Shown: positions 10,158 to 20,425, counted from the first letter of the stretch. The stretch: 64,000 nt of DNA from a bacterium (GCA_965204535.1 OZ241996.1:416001-480000); one strand, 5' to 3'. Translations and numbers: made by a program. The notes: generated by a model not told the origin, from the letters alone.

Positions 10158-11150
10158 ATGAAGTCTCCACTCAAAGAATATATTAAAAGATTCCCGTCCA
10201 TCCGCATGGCCGTGCTGGGAGATTTCATCGCGGATGAATTCATCCATGGCGTCACCTCGCGCATCAGCCGGGAAGCGCCGGTTCTTGTTCTGGATTTCAT
10301 CCGCCGCGAGATCGCTCCCGGGGGCGGGGGCAATGCGGCGATGAACGCGGCGGCCCTGGGCGGGAAAGTGCGGGCCATCGGCGCGTTGGGGGCGGATGCA
10401 GCGGGCGAAAAACTCCGCCGGGTGATGGAGAGACGCCGAATCGAAACCGGACTTTTGTTGGCGGAGTCCGAGCGCCTCACCCCCACGAAGACGCGCATCA
10501 TGGCGGGGGGGCGAAACACCAAACGCCAGCAGGTGATCAGGGTGGATCACGAAAAGCAGTTGGACTTGGGTGAAAGGCTGGAATCTCAACTCGTTGGTGA
10601 ATTAGAGCGAATGACGGATGACGGTCTGGATGCACTTTTGATCTCGGACTACGGTTTGGGCGTCGTGACGAAAGGCGTGAAAGAGGCGATTCGGAAATTG
10701 CCCGCCGAAATCATCGTTACGGTGGACAGCCGCCATGCGGGGGATTCGTTTCTGGGAGTCACGGCCATCACGCCGAATGAGGAGGAGGTGGCGGGATTGC
10801 TCGGGTATTGGCCCGATGAAGAGCGTCTCGACGAGGCGGGGGCTTCTTTGCTTGAAACAACGGGCGCCCGGGCGGTCTTGCTCACGCGGGGAGACAAGGG
10901 GATGAGTCTCTTTGAGGGAGATTCTCCAAGAACGGATATCCCCATCTACGGGTCGGATCAGGTGCTCGACGTCACCGGGGCGGGGGATACGGTGATCGCC
11001 GCGTTCACGCTCTCACTGGCTGCGGGCGCTTCGATGCGCGAGGCGGCGGAGCTCGCGAATCGCGCGGCAGGCTTGGCGGTAATGAAGGCGGGAACGACGG
11101 TCGTGGAGCCCCATGAACTCCTGGCGGCGTTTGAAGGGGAGAGCGCGTGA
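10158..11150 (+). CDS. hldA: Heptose 7-phosphate kinase (RfaE domain I, standalone)
   Basis: RISREAPV, PGGGGNAA, ISDYGLG and DVTGAGDTV PfkB motifs; no fused adenylyltransferase domain. Confidence 0.88.
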   Translation: MKSPLKEYIKRFPSIRMAVLGDFIADEFIHGVTSRISREAPVLVLDFIRREIAPGGGGNAAMNAAALGGKVRAIGALGADAAGEKLRRVMERRRIETGLLLAESERLTPTKTRIMAGGRNTKRQQVIRVDHEKQLDLGERLESQLVGELERMTDDGLDALLISDYGLGVVTKGVKEAIRKLPAEIIVTVDSRHAGDSFLGVTAITPNEEEVAGLLGYWPDEERLDEAGASLLETTGARAVLLTRGDKGMSLFEGDSPRTDIPIYGSDQVLDVTGAGDTVIAAFTLSLAAGASMREAAELANRAAGLAVMKAGTTVVEPHELLAAFEGESA

Positions 11151-11266
11151 GCATCCAGGAAAAAGACTATCGGCGTAAATGGATGCGAGTGGATTCCCTG
11201 AGTCAGGGTCTGGAGAAATTGCGCGAAGACGGCAAGAACATCGGGAGAGCGGCCCCGGATGGGTGA
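11147..11266 (+). pseudogene. Remnant of heptose 1-phosphate adenylyltransferase (HldC/RfaE2)
   Basis: 39-aa ORF (GTG)SIQEKDYRRKWMRVDSLSQGLEKLREDGKNIGRAAPDG* overlaps the hldA stop and waaC start; resembles the HldC N-terminus up to the point where VFTNGCFD should follow. Confidence 0.55.
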
Positions 11267-12308
11267 GCGATTCCTCATCATCCGCCTGGGAGCGATAGGC
11301 GACGTCGTTCACACCCTCCCCCTGGCCGCCGCCATCAAGGATGCGCGGCCCGATTCCCATATCACCTGGGCGGTCGAGCCGGTCCCTCGAGAAGTGCTTC
11401 TTGGAAATCCCGATATTGATGAAATTTTGACCGTCGATACCAAGGCATGGCGGAAAAATGTGCTCTCCGGCGGTTTCACTGCTCTTAGGCGCGACTTGCT
11501 GGCGGTCAGGAACGTAGACGCCGACGTGGCGCTCGACGCCCAGGGGCTGATCAAGAGCGGCTTTCTTGCATGGGCGTCGGGAGCGCCTCTTCGCATCGGG
11601 TTCGAGCATCGTTTTTGCCGAGAGGGGATGAACGTACTCTTCACGACGCATCACGTACTGCCCCCGGAGAACCCCCACCACGTAGTGGAGAAGAATTTAT
11701 CTCTTCTCGAGCCGTTGGGTTTACCGGTTCCGCCTAAGGAGCAATACCGCTTTCCGCTTCATGAAACGCAAGGAGAGAGGGAGAAGGCGGAAGACTGTTT
11801 GGACAGCCTGGGGCGCCGAGACGGCCGCCCCTTGTTGGTGGTTCATCCTGGGGGCGGTTGGGTGACGAAACGCTGGGACACGGCCCGTTTCGCACAACTC
11901 GCCGATCACTGGCGGGAGAATGACATGGGGGACGCTCTCCTGATATGGGGTCCTGGAGAGGAAAAGATGGTGGATGAGGTGACGGACGCAATGAGAACAC
12001 AGCCTTTTGTCGCACCTGCGACGAGCGTCCGCGAAATGATGGCCTTGATTCGGCGTGGTTCTTGTTTTGTGGGCGGCGACTCGGGTCCCCTTCATCTCGC
12101 CGCCGCCATGGGGGTTAAGTGTCTGGCGATCATGGGACCCACGGAACCCGTGAGAAACGGCCCGTGGGGAGCGGGGAATCTGGTTTTGCACCGTCGTCTC
12201 GCCTGCAGCGGTTGTTACGCGAGAAGATGCCCGGATATCGAGTGTCTCGAGCGCGTGAGGGTCGAAGAAGCGATTGATGCGCTGAACCGGCTTCAGTCGG
12301 CCCCATGA
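11259..12308 (+). CDS. waaC: Heptosyltransferase I (GT9)
   Basis: IIRLGAIGDVVHTLP, DAQGLIKS and GGDSGPLHLAAA motifs. Confidence 0.85.
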   Translation: MGERFLIIRLGAIGDVVHTLPLAAAIKDARPDSHITWAVEPVPREVLLGNPDIDEILTVDTKAWRKNVLSGGFTALRRDLLAVRNVDADVALDAQGLIKSGFLAWASGAPLRIGFEHRFCREGMNVLFTTHHVLPPENPHHVVEKNLSLLEPLGLPVPPKEQYRFPLHETQGEREKAEDCLDSLGRRDGRPLLVVHPGGGWVTKRWDTARFAQLADHWRENDMGDALLIWGPGEEKMVDEVTDAMRTQPFVAPATSVREMMALIRRGSCFVGGDSGPLHLAAAMGVKCLAIMGPTEPVRNGPWGAGNLVLHRRLACSGCYARRCPDIECLERVRVEEAIDALNRLQSAP

Positions 12309-12451
12309 AAAACATGGCGAAATATGCGAAACTAAAAGAGTTTCTCGTGAAAGAAGCGGGCACTGTTTCCGTTTTTGGCGAGATGTGATGAACGACCTGA
12401 TGGTTTCTGGTCAATTTATCGTTTTGACTGAAATTTGGAGATAAGCGGAAG

Positions 12452-12649
12452 ATGAGCGTCGACAAAGAATTGTTGGAGATATTGGCGTGTCCCGTCACCA
12501 AGACCCCCCTTGAGTTGAGCGGGGACGGGAATTATTTGATCGCCCGGGAATCGGGGCTGGTCTATAAAATCGAAGACGGCATCCCCATCATGCTCGTGGA
12601 CGAAGCCATCCCGCTCGATGAGTGGGAGAAAACCCAGGGGAAGGCCTAG
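12452..12649 (+). CDS. Trm112/YcaR family protein
   Basis: LLEILACPVTK...YKIEDGIPIMLVDEA signature. Confidence 0.9.
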   Translation: MSVDKELLEILACPVTKTPLELSGDGNYLIARESGLVYKIEDGIPIMLVDEAIPLDEWEKTQGKA

Positions 12650-12653
12650 AAAA

Positions 12654-13478
12654 ATGTCCGGCTTGGCGGAAGCGTCTGCCGAAGCCGATACGGGAAAGGA
12701 GCCGGTCTCCGAATCGGCAAGGGAACCGATTAGCGTCACGATTATCGCCCACAACGAGGCGGAACGCATCGGCGCGTGTATCGACAGCGTTTCCTGGGCG
12801 GATGAGATTATCGTCGTGGACGCCGGCAGTACGGATGATACGCAGGAAATATGCCGAAAACGCGGCGCACTGGTCATCCGGCATCCCTGGGAAGGATATG
12901 CGGCGCAAAAAAATTTCGCTCTATCGAAAGCGAGCCACTCCTGGATACTGAGTCTGGATGCGGATGAATGCGTAAGTTCTGAACTTGCCGAGGAAATTCT
13001 CTCCGTTTTGTCTGATGATGCTCCTGCAGAGGGGTATCGTGTGCCCCGAAAGAACATATTCTTCGGCCGCTGGCTCCGTCACGGCGACCTTTGGCCGGAT
13101 TACCAGCTTCGGTTGTTCCGGAGTGATGCCGGAGCGTTTAACGAGAAAAGCGTTCACGAATCCGTGGTGGTCGAAGGGCGGGTGGGTATATTTTCGTCTC
13201 CTTTGGAACACTACAGCTATGACTCGCTTTTCAATTTTTTCCAAAGACAGGTGAAATACGCCAGGTTATCGGCGGAGGATTTGTCTTCCAGGGGGGTGCA
13301 ACCCGGAATAGCCGATTTCGTCATCCGACCTCTTTGGCGTTTTTTCAAAAGCTACGTCTTGAAGATGGGCCTTCTGGATGGTGTGAATGGGTTATGGGTA
13401 TCTGCGGGCTCCGCTTATTATGTGTTCATGCGCACCGCCTTTTTGTGGGAGCTGTGTCGAAGACGTGAACGCCCCTAG
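12654..13478 (+). CDS. GT2 LPS core beta-1,4-glucosyltransferase-like (WaaE/LgtF type)
   Basis: IIAHNEA, VDAGSTDDT, LSLDADE, WPDYQLRLF and VHES motifs. Confidence 0.85.
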   Translation: MSGLAEASAEADTGKEPVSESAREPISVTIIAHNEAERIGACIDSVSWADEIIVVDAGSTDDTQEICRKRGALVIRHPWEGYAAQKNFALSKASHSWILSLDADECVSSELAEEILSVLSDDAPAEGYRVPRKNIFFGRWLRHGDLWPDYQLRLFRSDAGAFNEKSVHESVVVEGRVGIFSSPLEHYSYDSLFNFFQRQVKYARLSAEDLSSRGVQPGIADFVIRPLWRFFKSYVLKMGLLDGVNGLWVSAGSAYYVFMRTAFLWELCRRRERP

Positions 13479-13686
13479 CGTTGTTCATACGGAAGCATTC
13501 CCGGGCATGGGCGGACGGGAGAAGGGACTCCTCCCCGAGGCCGCCTCACTTGGTGGGCTCGGGCAAGAGATTCCGCTATTCGGGCGTCCGGACGGCGAAC
13601 CGAGGATCGGGGTGATCCGTGCAGGCGCGCCATTCGAGCTGGTTCAAATGACGCCTCATTCGATTTCACAAGAGAATGCCAGATGA
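13465..13686 (+). pseudogene. Degenerate N-terminal fragment of a GT4 glycosyltransferase
   Basis: SVVHTEAFPGMGGREKGLLPEAASLGGLGQEIPLFGRPDG resembles the GT4 start (xLHTESSxGWGGQExRIL...GHEV); overlaps both neighbouring genes. Confidence 0.45.
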
Positions 13687-15470
13687 GCCGCACCCGGGTA
13701 TATCTCAGACTCCTGAAATACTTGCGTCCCTACCGGTTTCGCTTCGGCGTCGCCGTCGCCTGCACCATCGTTGTGGGCGGTCTGAATGCGTATCCCGCGT
13801 ACCTCGTTCAACATGTCATCAATGATATTTTGATCTCGAAGCGAGCCGACATCGTCCTTTTGATTTGCCTGTCCCTTGTCGTCGTCTATCTGGTGAAGGG
13901 CATCGCCGCTTATTGCCAGAACTATTTCATGCTCTGGGTCGGTCAGCATGTGGTGAAGGACGTCAGAAACGAGCTTCACGGGCATCTCCTGAATTTGCCG
14001 CTTCGGTTTTTCGAGGTGAAGACGACCGGTGAGCTGATGTCGAAAGTCATATACGACATCTCTTTGATGCAGCATGCGGCGACGGAGTCCGTGCGGGAAC
14101 TGCTCCGCCATGGGTTCACCTTCATCGCTTTGCTCGGCGTGGCGATTTACCAGAGCCCCAAAATGGCGCTGATATTCGTCGTACTTATTCCCCTGGTGGC
14201 GATTCTGGTCGTGACGATGGGAGAGAAGATTCGCCGGATCACGCGGAGGAGTCAGGAGCGCATGGGAGATATGAGCAACCTGATGAAGGAAACCTATGCG
14301 GGAGTCCGCGTCGTGAAGGCGTTTGGAACCGAAGTCGAGGAAGAAGGACGTTTCATGCGCGCCACACGTTCTTTTTTCGACACGATTATGCGGGCCATGC
14401 GGGTTCGCTCGCTGGCGCCGCCCATGGTGGAGATCATCGGTGGTCTGATGGGAGCGGGTATTCTGTGGTTCGGCGCCCAGGCGGTTATCTTCGGAAATAT
14501 GGATCCGGGAAAGCTGATAAGTTTCGCCGTCGCCCTCGGCATGGCCTACAACCCGCTGAAATCCTTCACACGGGTGTTTCATAGCCTGGTGGAAGGAATA
14601 GCGGGCGCCCAGTCGGTTTTCGAGGTCCTGGATGAGCATGCACCTGAGGACAAGAATCCCGATGGCGAAGAGATGGGGCGTTTAGCCCGGAATATAAGAT
14701 TCGAGGACGTGCATTTTTCCTATTCGGACGAAGCGACGCTCGAGGATATCAGCGTAGAAGTTCCGGCAGGCTGCACGCTGGCCGTCGTGGGGATGAGCGG
14801 CGCGGGGAAAAGTACGTTGCTGGACTTGATACCGCGTTTTTATCTGCCCGCCAGGGGGAGCATCTCTTTCGACGGGAAAGAGGCGTCGCGGTATTCACTG
14901 AGCAGCCTGCGCGCCCAGATCGGCGTGGTGACCCAGCAGGTGATTCTGTTCAATGATACGGCGGCGAACAACATCGCCTATGGGGAGAAAAGACCCGTCA
15001 GTCGTGACGAAATAATCTCGGCGGCGAAAGCGGCCAACGCCCATGATTTCATTATGGAGCTTGATAATGGGTATGAGACCATGCTGGGTGAGGAGGGAGT
15101 ACGCCTCTCCGGCGGCGAACGCCAGCGCATCGCCATTGCGCGCGCGATTTTGAGGGATCCTTCTATTTTGCTGCTCGATGAAGCCACGAGCGCGCTCGAC
15201 ACGGAGAGTGAGCAGTTGATTCAAGAAGCTCTGGAGCCTTTGATGAAGGGCCGCACCACGTTTGTGGTGGCTCACAGGCTCTCCACGGTCCGAAACGCCG
15301 ACTCGATCATCGTGCTCGACGGGGGGCGGATCGTGGAGAGGGGAACGCACGATGATTTGATGAAGCTGGGCGGCTTGTACCAGAGACTCTACGAAATGCA
15401 GTTTGTGAGCGAGGAATTATCTCTTTCCGAAGAAATCAAAAGCGCAACGAATGGGGAAACCATGTCGTAA
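13683..15470 (+). CDS. msbA: Lipid A flippase ABC transporter
   Basis: TM domain plus NBD; GMSGAGKST, LSGGERQRIAIAR and LLDEATSALD; LPS locus context. Confidence 0.88.
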   Translation: MSRTRVYLRLLKYLRPYRFRFGVAVACTIVVGGLNAYPAYLVQHVINDILISKRADIVLLICLSLVVVYLVKGIAAYCQNYFMLWVGQHVVKDVRNELHGHLLNLPLRFFEVKTTGELMSKVIYDISLMQHAATESVRELLRHGFTFIALLGVAIYQSPKMALIFVVLIPLVAILVVTMGEKIRRITRRSQERMGDMSNLMKETYAGVRVVKAFGTEVEEEGRFMRATRSFFDTIMRAMRVRSLAPPMVEIIGGLMGAGILWFGAQAVIFGNMDPGKLISFAVALGMAYNPLKSFTRVFHSLVEGIAGAQSVFEVLDEHAPEDKNPDGEEMGRLARNIRFEDVHFSYSDEATLEDISVEVPAGCTLAVVGMSGAGKSTLLDLIPRFYLPARGSISFDGKEASRYSLSSLRAQIGVVTQQVILFNDTAANNIAYGEKRPVSRDEIISAAKAANAHDFIMELDNGYETMLGEEGVRLSGGERQRIAIARAILRDPSILLLDEATSALDTESEQLIQEALEPLMKGRTTFVVAHRLSTVRNADSIIVLDGGRIVERGTHDDLMKLGGLYQRLYEMQFVSEELSLSEEIKSATNGETMS

Positions 15471-15770
15471 GATTATTCGCTCGCGTAACAATACGACCGG
15501 ACGAAAAGGTGAATCTCGCGTCCTGAATTTGATGTCGGATAGTTAAGCGAAATCCCGGCGTTATCATACATTCATGGGGTTGAGTTTCCGCTTATTAATC
15601 CCGACTTCATTTTATTATCAGGAAAAAAGCGGAAATTTTCCGGGGATGCCGTCTCGCTGGAGGTATGCTCTCGTGAAGCTTGCCCTGATTCGCTCCACAT
15701 TGATGGATCGTAGACTGCGTTTGGAAAAATCAACCAGGTGCATTCGGCTCTGAGCTGAGAGAACAACTTC

Positions 15771-16991
15771 ATGCAAAAGCTAAGAGTCTATTTCCCGGAA
15801 CTGGGAGAGCGATTCAGGGGGCGTTCACCGGCGTCTCGGGTGGCGTTCGGCGGGCTTCTTGGTTTCGCCGTCACAGCCCCTTTTTCGATATCGCTCGCTC
15901 AAATATGCGTGTTCACCGCCGTGGTGGCTTGGCTGGCTTCCATGACCAAAGCGGCTCCCTTGCTGACCCAGAAATTTCCGTTGTGGATGCCTTGGCTTTT
16001 TTTCGCGCTATTTACACTTGCCAGCGCCTTTCATGCACCCGATTCGCTCAAAAGCCTTATCAAAACGCGAGAATTGACGCAGATCATGATTTTTTATTTG
16101 GCGATGAACGTCATCCAGGACGACCGGGAAGCGATTTGGTTGGTGAAAGTGCTCTTGGCGGCCACGAGCTTTATCGCCTTGTATGCCTTGGGCGTATCGC
16201 TGCCAGGGACATTGTCGCTGGCGAATCGCCCGTCGGGCTTTTTCAGCATATACATGACGCTAGGCGGTTTTCTGCTTGTAGCCGGTCTTTTGGCGTTCTC
16301 GTACCTCATGGTGCCGTCTCGGGAACGCAAGAGCGTATGGGTCTACACGTCGGTCCTCCTCATCCTCTCTGCGTTGATGACGACATTGAGTCGGAGCGCC
16401 TGGATCGGACTTGTCGTCGGGACGGCGGTTGTAGCTGTGGCGAGTGGGCGCAAGAAGGTGGGTTTGTGTTTGGCGCTGGTGGCGGTACTGGTGGTATTCA
16501 TCGCGCCGCATTCCATTCGCCAGCGCGTGAAGAGCATGGTGAACCTCCGGGATAAAACGGCCGTGGAACGGATTTACATGTGGAATAGCGGCTTGCAGAT
16601 GTTCATGGAGAAGAAATTCTTGGGTTTCGGACCTGGGCGAATCCAGGAGAATTACACCCGGTATGCAAACCCCGAAGTGACGCCGAAATCTCCCTCCCAT
16701 TTACATAACAATATGGTTCACTTGGCTGCCGAGCGGGGAATTCTTGCTCTGGGCGCCTGGATTTGGGTCTGGATCGGATATTTCGTCTTGGTTGTTCAGC
16801 GAATTCGGAATACAAGAGACGCGCCTTTTGGGACACGATTTCGCATGGTGGGTGGTTTGGCCGTGGCTGCGGGTTTTTTAAGCGCCGGGATGTTCGAGTA
16901 CAACTTCGGCGATTCCGAGGTGGTGATGCTCGTGTTCATGGCGATCGCCTTGCCTTTTATGGGCAGGGAGAGTGAGATTCAACAAGAGTAG
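15771..16991 (+). CDS. O-antigen ligase family (Wzy_C) membrane protein
   Basis: Polytopic; TLSRSAWIG, ERIYMW, GFGPG and HLHN motifs. Confidence 0.82.
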   Translation: MQKLRVYFPELGERFRGRSPASRVAFGGLLGFAVTAPFSISLAQICVFTAVVAWLASMTKAAPLLTQKFPLWMPWLFFALFTLASAFHAPDSLKSLIKTRELTQIMIFYLAMNVIQDDREAIWLVKVLLAATSFIALYALGVSLPGTLSLANRPSGFFSIYMTLGGFLLVAGLLAFSYLMVPSRERKSVWVYTSVLLILSALMTTLSRSAWIGLVVGTAVVAVASGRKKVGLCLALVAVLVVFIAPHSIRQRVKSMVNLRDKTAVERIYMWNSGLQMFMEKKFLGFGPGRIQENYTRYANPEVTPKSPSHLHNNMVHLAAERGILALGAWIWVWIGYFVLVVQRIRNTRDAPFGTRFRMVGGLAVAAGFLSAGMFEYNFGDSEVVMLVFMAIALPFMGRESEIQQE

Positions 16992-17009
16992 TTGTTTGGA
17001 TACGTGCGT

Positions 17010-18194
17010 TTAGCGGAATCGGAACAAAGATTGGAAAAAACCTAATTTTTTGACCGGTTCAGCGGCCACGAGGTCGGTCCCGCCGATTTTGTTGCCTCCC
17101 AGTTCATACGTGACGCGGCCCACTTTTTGGCCGGCGCGGACGGGTGCGGTTACCTCTTCGGGCAACTCCAGTTTCATGGAGATACGTTTTTCTTCACCCC
17201 TTTTTACCAATGTCTCGACACTTTCCTTGAACTGGATGCGTACCGTCCGTTTCTGGCCCTTCAGCACCTTGATTTGCTGGCGTTTCGGTTTTTTCGTCTT
17301 GCCCAAATCGATCCAGCGGTATTGGTTGAAACCCCATGCGAGCAGACGCTTGGCCTCTTTGAATCGGCGTCTGGAGTGGCTCGACCCCATTACGACGGCG
17401 ATGAGTCTTAGGTTTTTGCGTTTGGCTGTGGCGGCGATGCTGAATCCCGCTTTGCGGTGATAGCCTGTTTTGAGGCCATCGACCCCGCGAAACCGCCCGA
17501 GGAGAGTGTTCGTGTTCGTAAGGATGAAGCTCCCCTTCCTGAAAGGAGCGTTCTTGGTGGCGCTCCACTTCATGATGAGCGGATATTTTATCAACTCGCG
17601 GGCAAGAATGCCGGCGTCGCGCGCGCTCATTTGATTGGTCGGTTTTTTTCCGCCCGGCGGAAGCCCGTTGACGTTAACGAAACGGGTGTTCGTCATGCCG
17701 AGTTCCTTGGCGCGCTGGTTCATCATATCGACGAAGGCTTCGGCGTCTCCGGCAATGTGTTCCGCCACGGCGTAGGATGAATCGTTTGCAGAACTGATGA
17801 TGATGGATTTCATCAAATCCCTCAGGGTAAATTTTTCCCCTTGCTTCAAATACACTTGCTGGCCCCCGATCCGGGAGGCGCTTCTGCTGGTTGTGATGAT
17901 ATCGTCGAGGTGGATGATGTTTCTTCTAATTTGTTCCATGGCGATTAACGCCGTCATCATTTTCACGATGGAAGCGGGCTTTGTAGGAAGCCGTTCATTG
18001 CGTGCTTTCAGGACCCGTCCCGTGTTCGCTTCAATCAGCAGGATCGAGCGATAGGGAATGGGTTTTTTGCGGGAACGTTTTCGGCGCGCGGAAGCCGAAT
18101 CGACGCCGAGAATTAGAGAAAATGTGAACAAGAAGACGCAGGCTGTGATGACGGTTAAACGGGATCGCCGATGGTGACCCAAAGCGAATAACAT
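17010..18194 (-). CDS. D-alanyl-D-alanine carboxypeptidase (peptidase S11)
   Basis: SxxK (ASIVK), SxN (SAND) and KTG motifs; PBP5 C-terminal domain; signal peptide. Confidence 0.92.
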   Translation of the reverse strand: MLFALGHHRRSRLTVITACVFLFTFSLILGVDSASARRKRSRKKPIPYRSILLIEANTGRVLKARNERLPTKPASIVKMMTALIAMEQIRRNIIHLDDIITTSRSASRIGGQQVYLKQGEKFTLRDLMKSIIISSANDSSYAVAEHIAGDAEAFVDMMNQRAKELGMTNTRFVNVNGLPPGGKKPTNQMSARDAGILARELIKYPLIMKWSATKNAPFRKGSFILTNTNTLLGRFRGVDGLKTGYHRKAGFSIAATAKRKNLRLIAVVMGSSHSRRRFKEAKRLLAWGFNQYRWIDLGKTKKPKRQQIKVLKGQKRTVRIQFKESVETLVKRGEEKRISMKLELPEEVTAPVRAGQKVGRVTYELGGNKIGGTDLVAAEPVKKLGFFQSLFRFR

Positions 18195-18441
18195 GCGCTT
18201 TCCTTAAATTGCTGTCGATACGGGCGGGTGGGCGAAGGAGCCAAGCGGATTATCTGTTCCCCTTGTACTTGAACCAATTAAAGACTTTTTCCATGTGCTT
18301 GTCAAAGCGGAAAATAATGGGTCGGTAGGAGCCCGCTCGTATGCTCATATCCCTACTTGTGACGGCGAGAAACTCTGTCTGCGCGACATCCTTAATTTCC
18401 ATTTCTTGCGTCTGCTTGGTTGCTCTGATAGGATTTGCGCT

Positions 18442-18473
18442 ACCAAAGGGGTATTGACCAAAGGGGTATTGAC
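18442..18473. repeat. Perfect 15-bp tandem duplication upstream of dapA
   Basis: ACCAAAGGGGTATTG twice (18442-18456 and 18457-18471), each followed by AC. Confidence 0.9.
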
Positions 18474-18578
18474 GAAATTTCTGTACACAAAGGTGACGCA
18501 CGTCAAGCGTGCCCTGTCTGAAAATGGGGTATGACATTCTTTTTTGCCGCATGGGCGGAAGGAGAAGGAGGTCTTCTC

Positions 18579-19472
18579 ATGTTTAAGGGTTCTTATGTCG
18601 CGATGGTCACTCCGTTCCGCGACGGAAAGCTCGACGAAGAGGGCGTTCGCTCTCTGGTGGAATTTCATGTTGAAAATGGAACGCACGGGATTGTGGCGTG
18701 TGGGACCACGGGAGAGTCCGCCACGCTGAGCCATGAAGAACACGACCGGGTCGTGGAGTTGGTCATCGAGCAGGTGAATGGGAGGATTCCGGTCATCGCC
18801 GGCTCGGGTTCGAACAGCACCGCAGAGGCCGTTCAGCGCACCCAGTACGCCATGCGGGCCGGTGCGGATGGGGCGCTCCTGGTGGCGCCTTACTACAACA
18901 AGCCTACGCAGGAAGGCCTGTATCAACATTTCCGCGCAATCGCGGAATCAGCCGATATCCCGATCGTTCTCTACAACGTGCCGGGCCGCACGGTGGTGCA
19001 GATAGCCCCCGACACGGTGGCGCGCCTCTCGGAGATTCCCAACATTGTGGGCATCAAGGAGGCGACCGGGGATCTGGCGAATTGCTGCGACATCGTATCC
19101 CGCGTGCCGGACGATTTCATCGTGCTTTCGGGAGATGATTTCGTCACGCTGCCCATGATGGCGATGGGCGGTGTGGGCACGATTTCGGTGACGGCGAACG
19201 TGGCGCCTGCGGACGTGGCCCGGATGTGCCAGGCCCAACTCGATGGAGATACCGCCACGGCGAAAGCGCTGCATTACAAGATGTGGGAACTCAATCACAT
19301 GATGTTCTGCGAAACGAACCCGATTCCGGCGAAAGCGACTCTGGCGATTATGGGGCGCATCGCGCTGGAATACAGGCTGCCGCTTTGCGCGCCGTCTGAC
19401 GCCAATATGGCAAAGCTGGAAGCATTCGCCCGAGAATACGGTTTGGTCGAAGAAGCGGTGGCGGCATCGTAA
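18579..19472 (+). CDS. dapA: 4-hydroxy-tetrahydrodipicolinate synthase
   Basis: AGGAGG RBS; MFKGSYVAMVTPF, GTTGES, YNVPGRT, GIKEA and ETNPIPAK motifs. Confidence 0.96.
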   Translation: MFKGSYVAMVTPFRDGKLDEEGVRSLVEFHVENGTHGIVACGTTGESATLSHEEHDRVVELVIEQVNGRIPVIAGSGSNSTAEAVQRTQYAMRAGADGALLVAPYYNKPTQEGLYQHFRAIAESADIPIVLYNVPGRTVVQIAPDTVARLSEIPNIVGIKEATGDLANCCDIVSRVPDDFIVLSGDDFVTLPMMAMGGVGTISVTANVAPADVARMCQAQLDGDTATAKALHYKMWELNHMMFCETNPIPAKATLAIMGRIALEYRLPLCAPSDANMAKLEAFAREYGLVEEAVAAS

Positions 19473-19503
19473 ACATACGCTGAGCAGAGAATCAGAAAGA
19501 AAG

Positions 19504-19533
19504 AGCGGGAGCGATCAAAGCTCCCGCTTTTTT
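19504..19533. terminator. Rho-independent, probably bidirectional terminator
   Basis: AGCGGGAGC-loop-GCTCCCGCT followed by a T run and preceded by an A-rich tract, between convergent genes. Confidence 0.85.
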
Positions 19534-19546
19534 CGTTTTCTGATGA

Positions 19547-20425
19547 TTATTCTTCCAGTCCCAGGACCTTGAGAGCGTTTCCACCGAACCAAAGTTCTTT
19601 CACGTCATCTTTCAGTGGGAAATTATCGAATTCGACCAGACTTTCCTTGGGGCTGATCATCGGCCAGTTCGATGCCCAGAGAATTTTCTTCTTGAGCACC
19701 GAGTTCCCGTAGCGTGTCAATGGCTCCCAACCGGTGTCGGGCGTGGCGATGTATTTGGGCATCGTTCCGCTGACTTCGATGTACAGATTGGGGTGCCGCC
19801 AGCTCACGGCGATCATCTCGAGTATCCACGGCCAGCCTCCGTGCACCGCCACGATGCGTAGCTCGGGAAAATCTCTCGCCACCTCGTCCAGGTATATCGG
19901 GCGCCCGTAATCGAGCAGGTTCGAACTCGAGAGGTTCATCGAAGTGTGGAGCAAAACAGGTATCCCTAGTTCCACGCATTTGGCGTAAACGGGATAGAAC
20001 TTCTTGTCGTTCGCATGAAGCCCGAGCTCCCATGGTCCCATGTTGACGCCCCGCAGGCCGTATTCTTTCACGTCGCGCTCCAGATCGCGCAGCGCATCCA
20101 TGCCGCGGAAAGGATCGCACCCGGCCGTTCCGATGAGGCGGTCCGGGTAGTCCTTGATGTATTCGTGCAAAACGTCGGCGGGAAATTTCGTGCCCGAGAT
20201 CGTCGTCATGTCGGAAGTCTTGATAACGGCCTTGTCCACCCCTTGTTCATCCAAAAAGGCGACGAACTCCTCCGGCTTCATGTAGCGGTGCTCTTCCGTA
20301 TTGCCGAAAACCCTGTCCCCGTAATGTTTGGCGTAATCCGCTAAGCGGCCCGTCGGTTTCAGGTATCTGTCCAGACCCTCGGGAATCGGGCATGAGACCC
20401 TGAAGTCAATAATGGGTGTCGGCAT
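19547..20425 (-). CDS. Amidohydrolase family 2 protein
   Basis: YPVYAKCVELGIPVLLH, DFPELRIVAVHGGWPW and ILWASNWP motifs. Confidence 0.85.
   Translation of the reverse strand: MPTPIIDFRVSCPIPEGLDRYLKPTGRLADYAKHYGDRVFGNTEEHRYMKPEEFVAFLDEQGVDKAVIKTSDMTTISGTKFPADVLHEYIKDYPDRLIGTAGCDPFRGMDALRDLERDVKEYGLRGVNMGPWELGLHANDKKFYPVYAKCVELGIPVLLHTSMNLSSSNLLDYGRPIYLDEVARDFPELRIVAVHGGWPWILEMIAVSWRHPNLYIEVSGTMPKYIATPDTGWEPLTRYGNSVLKKKILWASNWPMISPKESLVEFDNFPLKDDVKELWFGGNALKVLGLEE

Noticed and set aside
18250-18578. Lysine riboswitch upstream of dapA
   Set aside because: No recognisable L-box conserved elements; an Rfam scan would be needed
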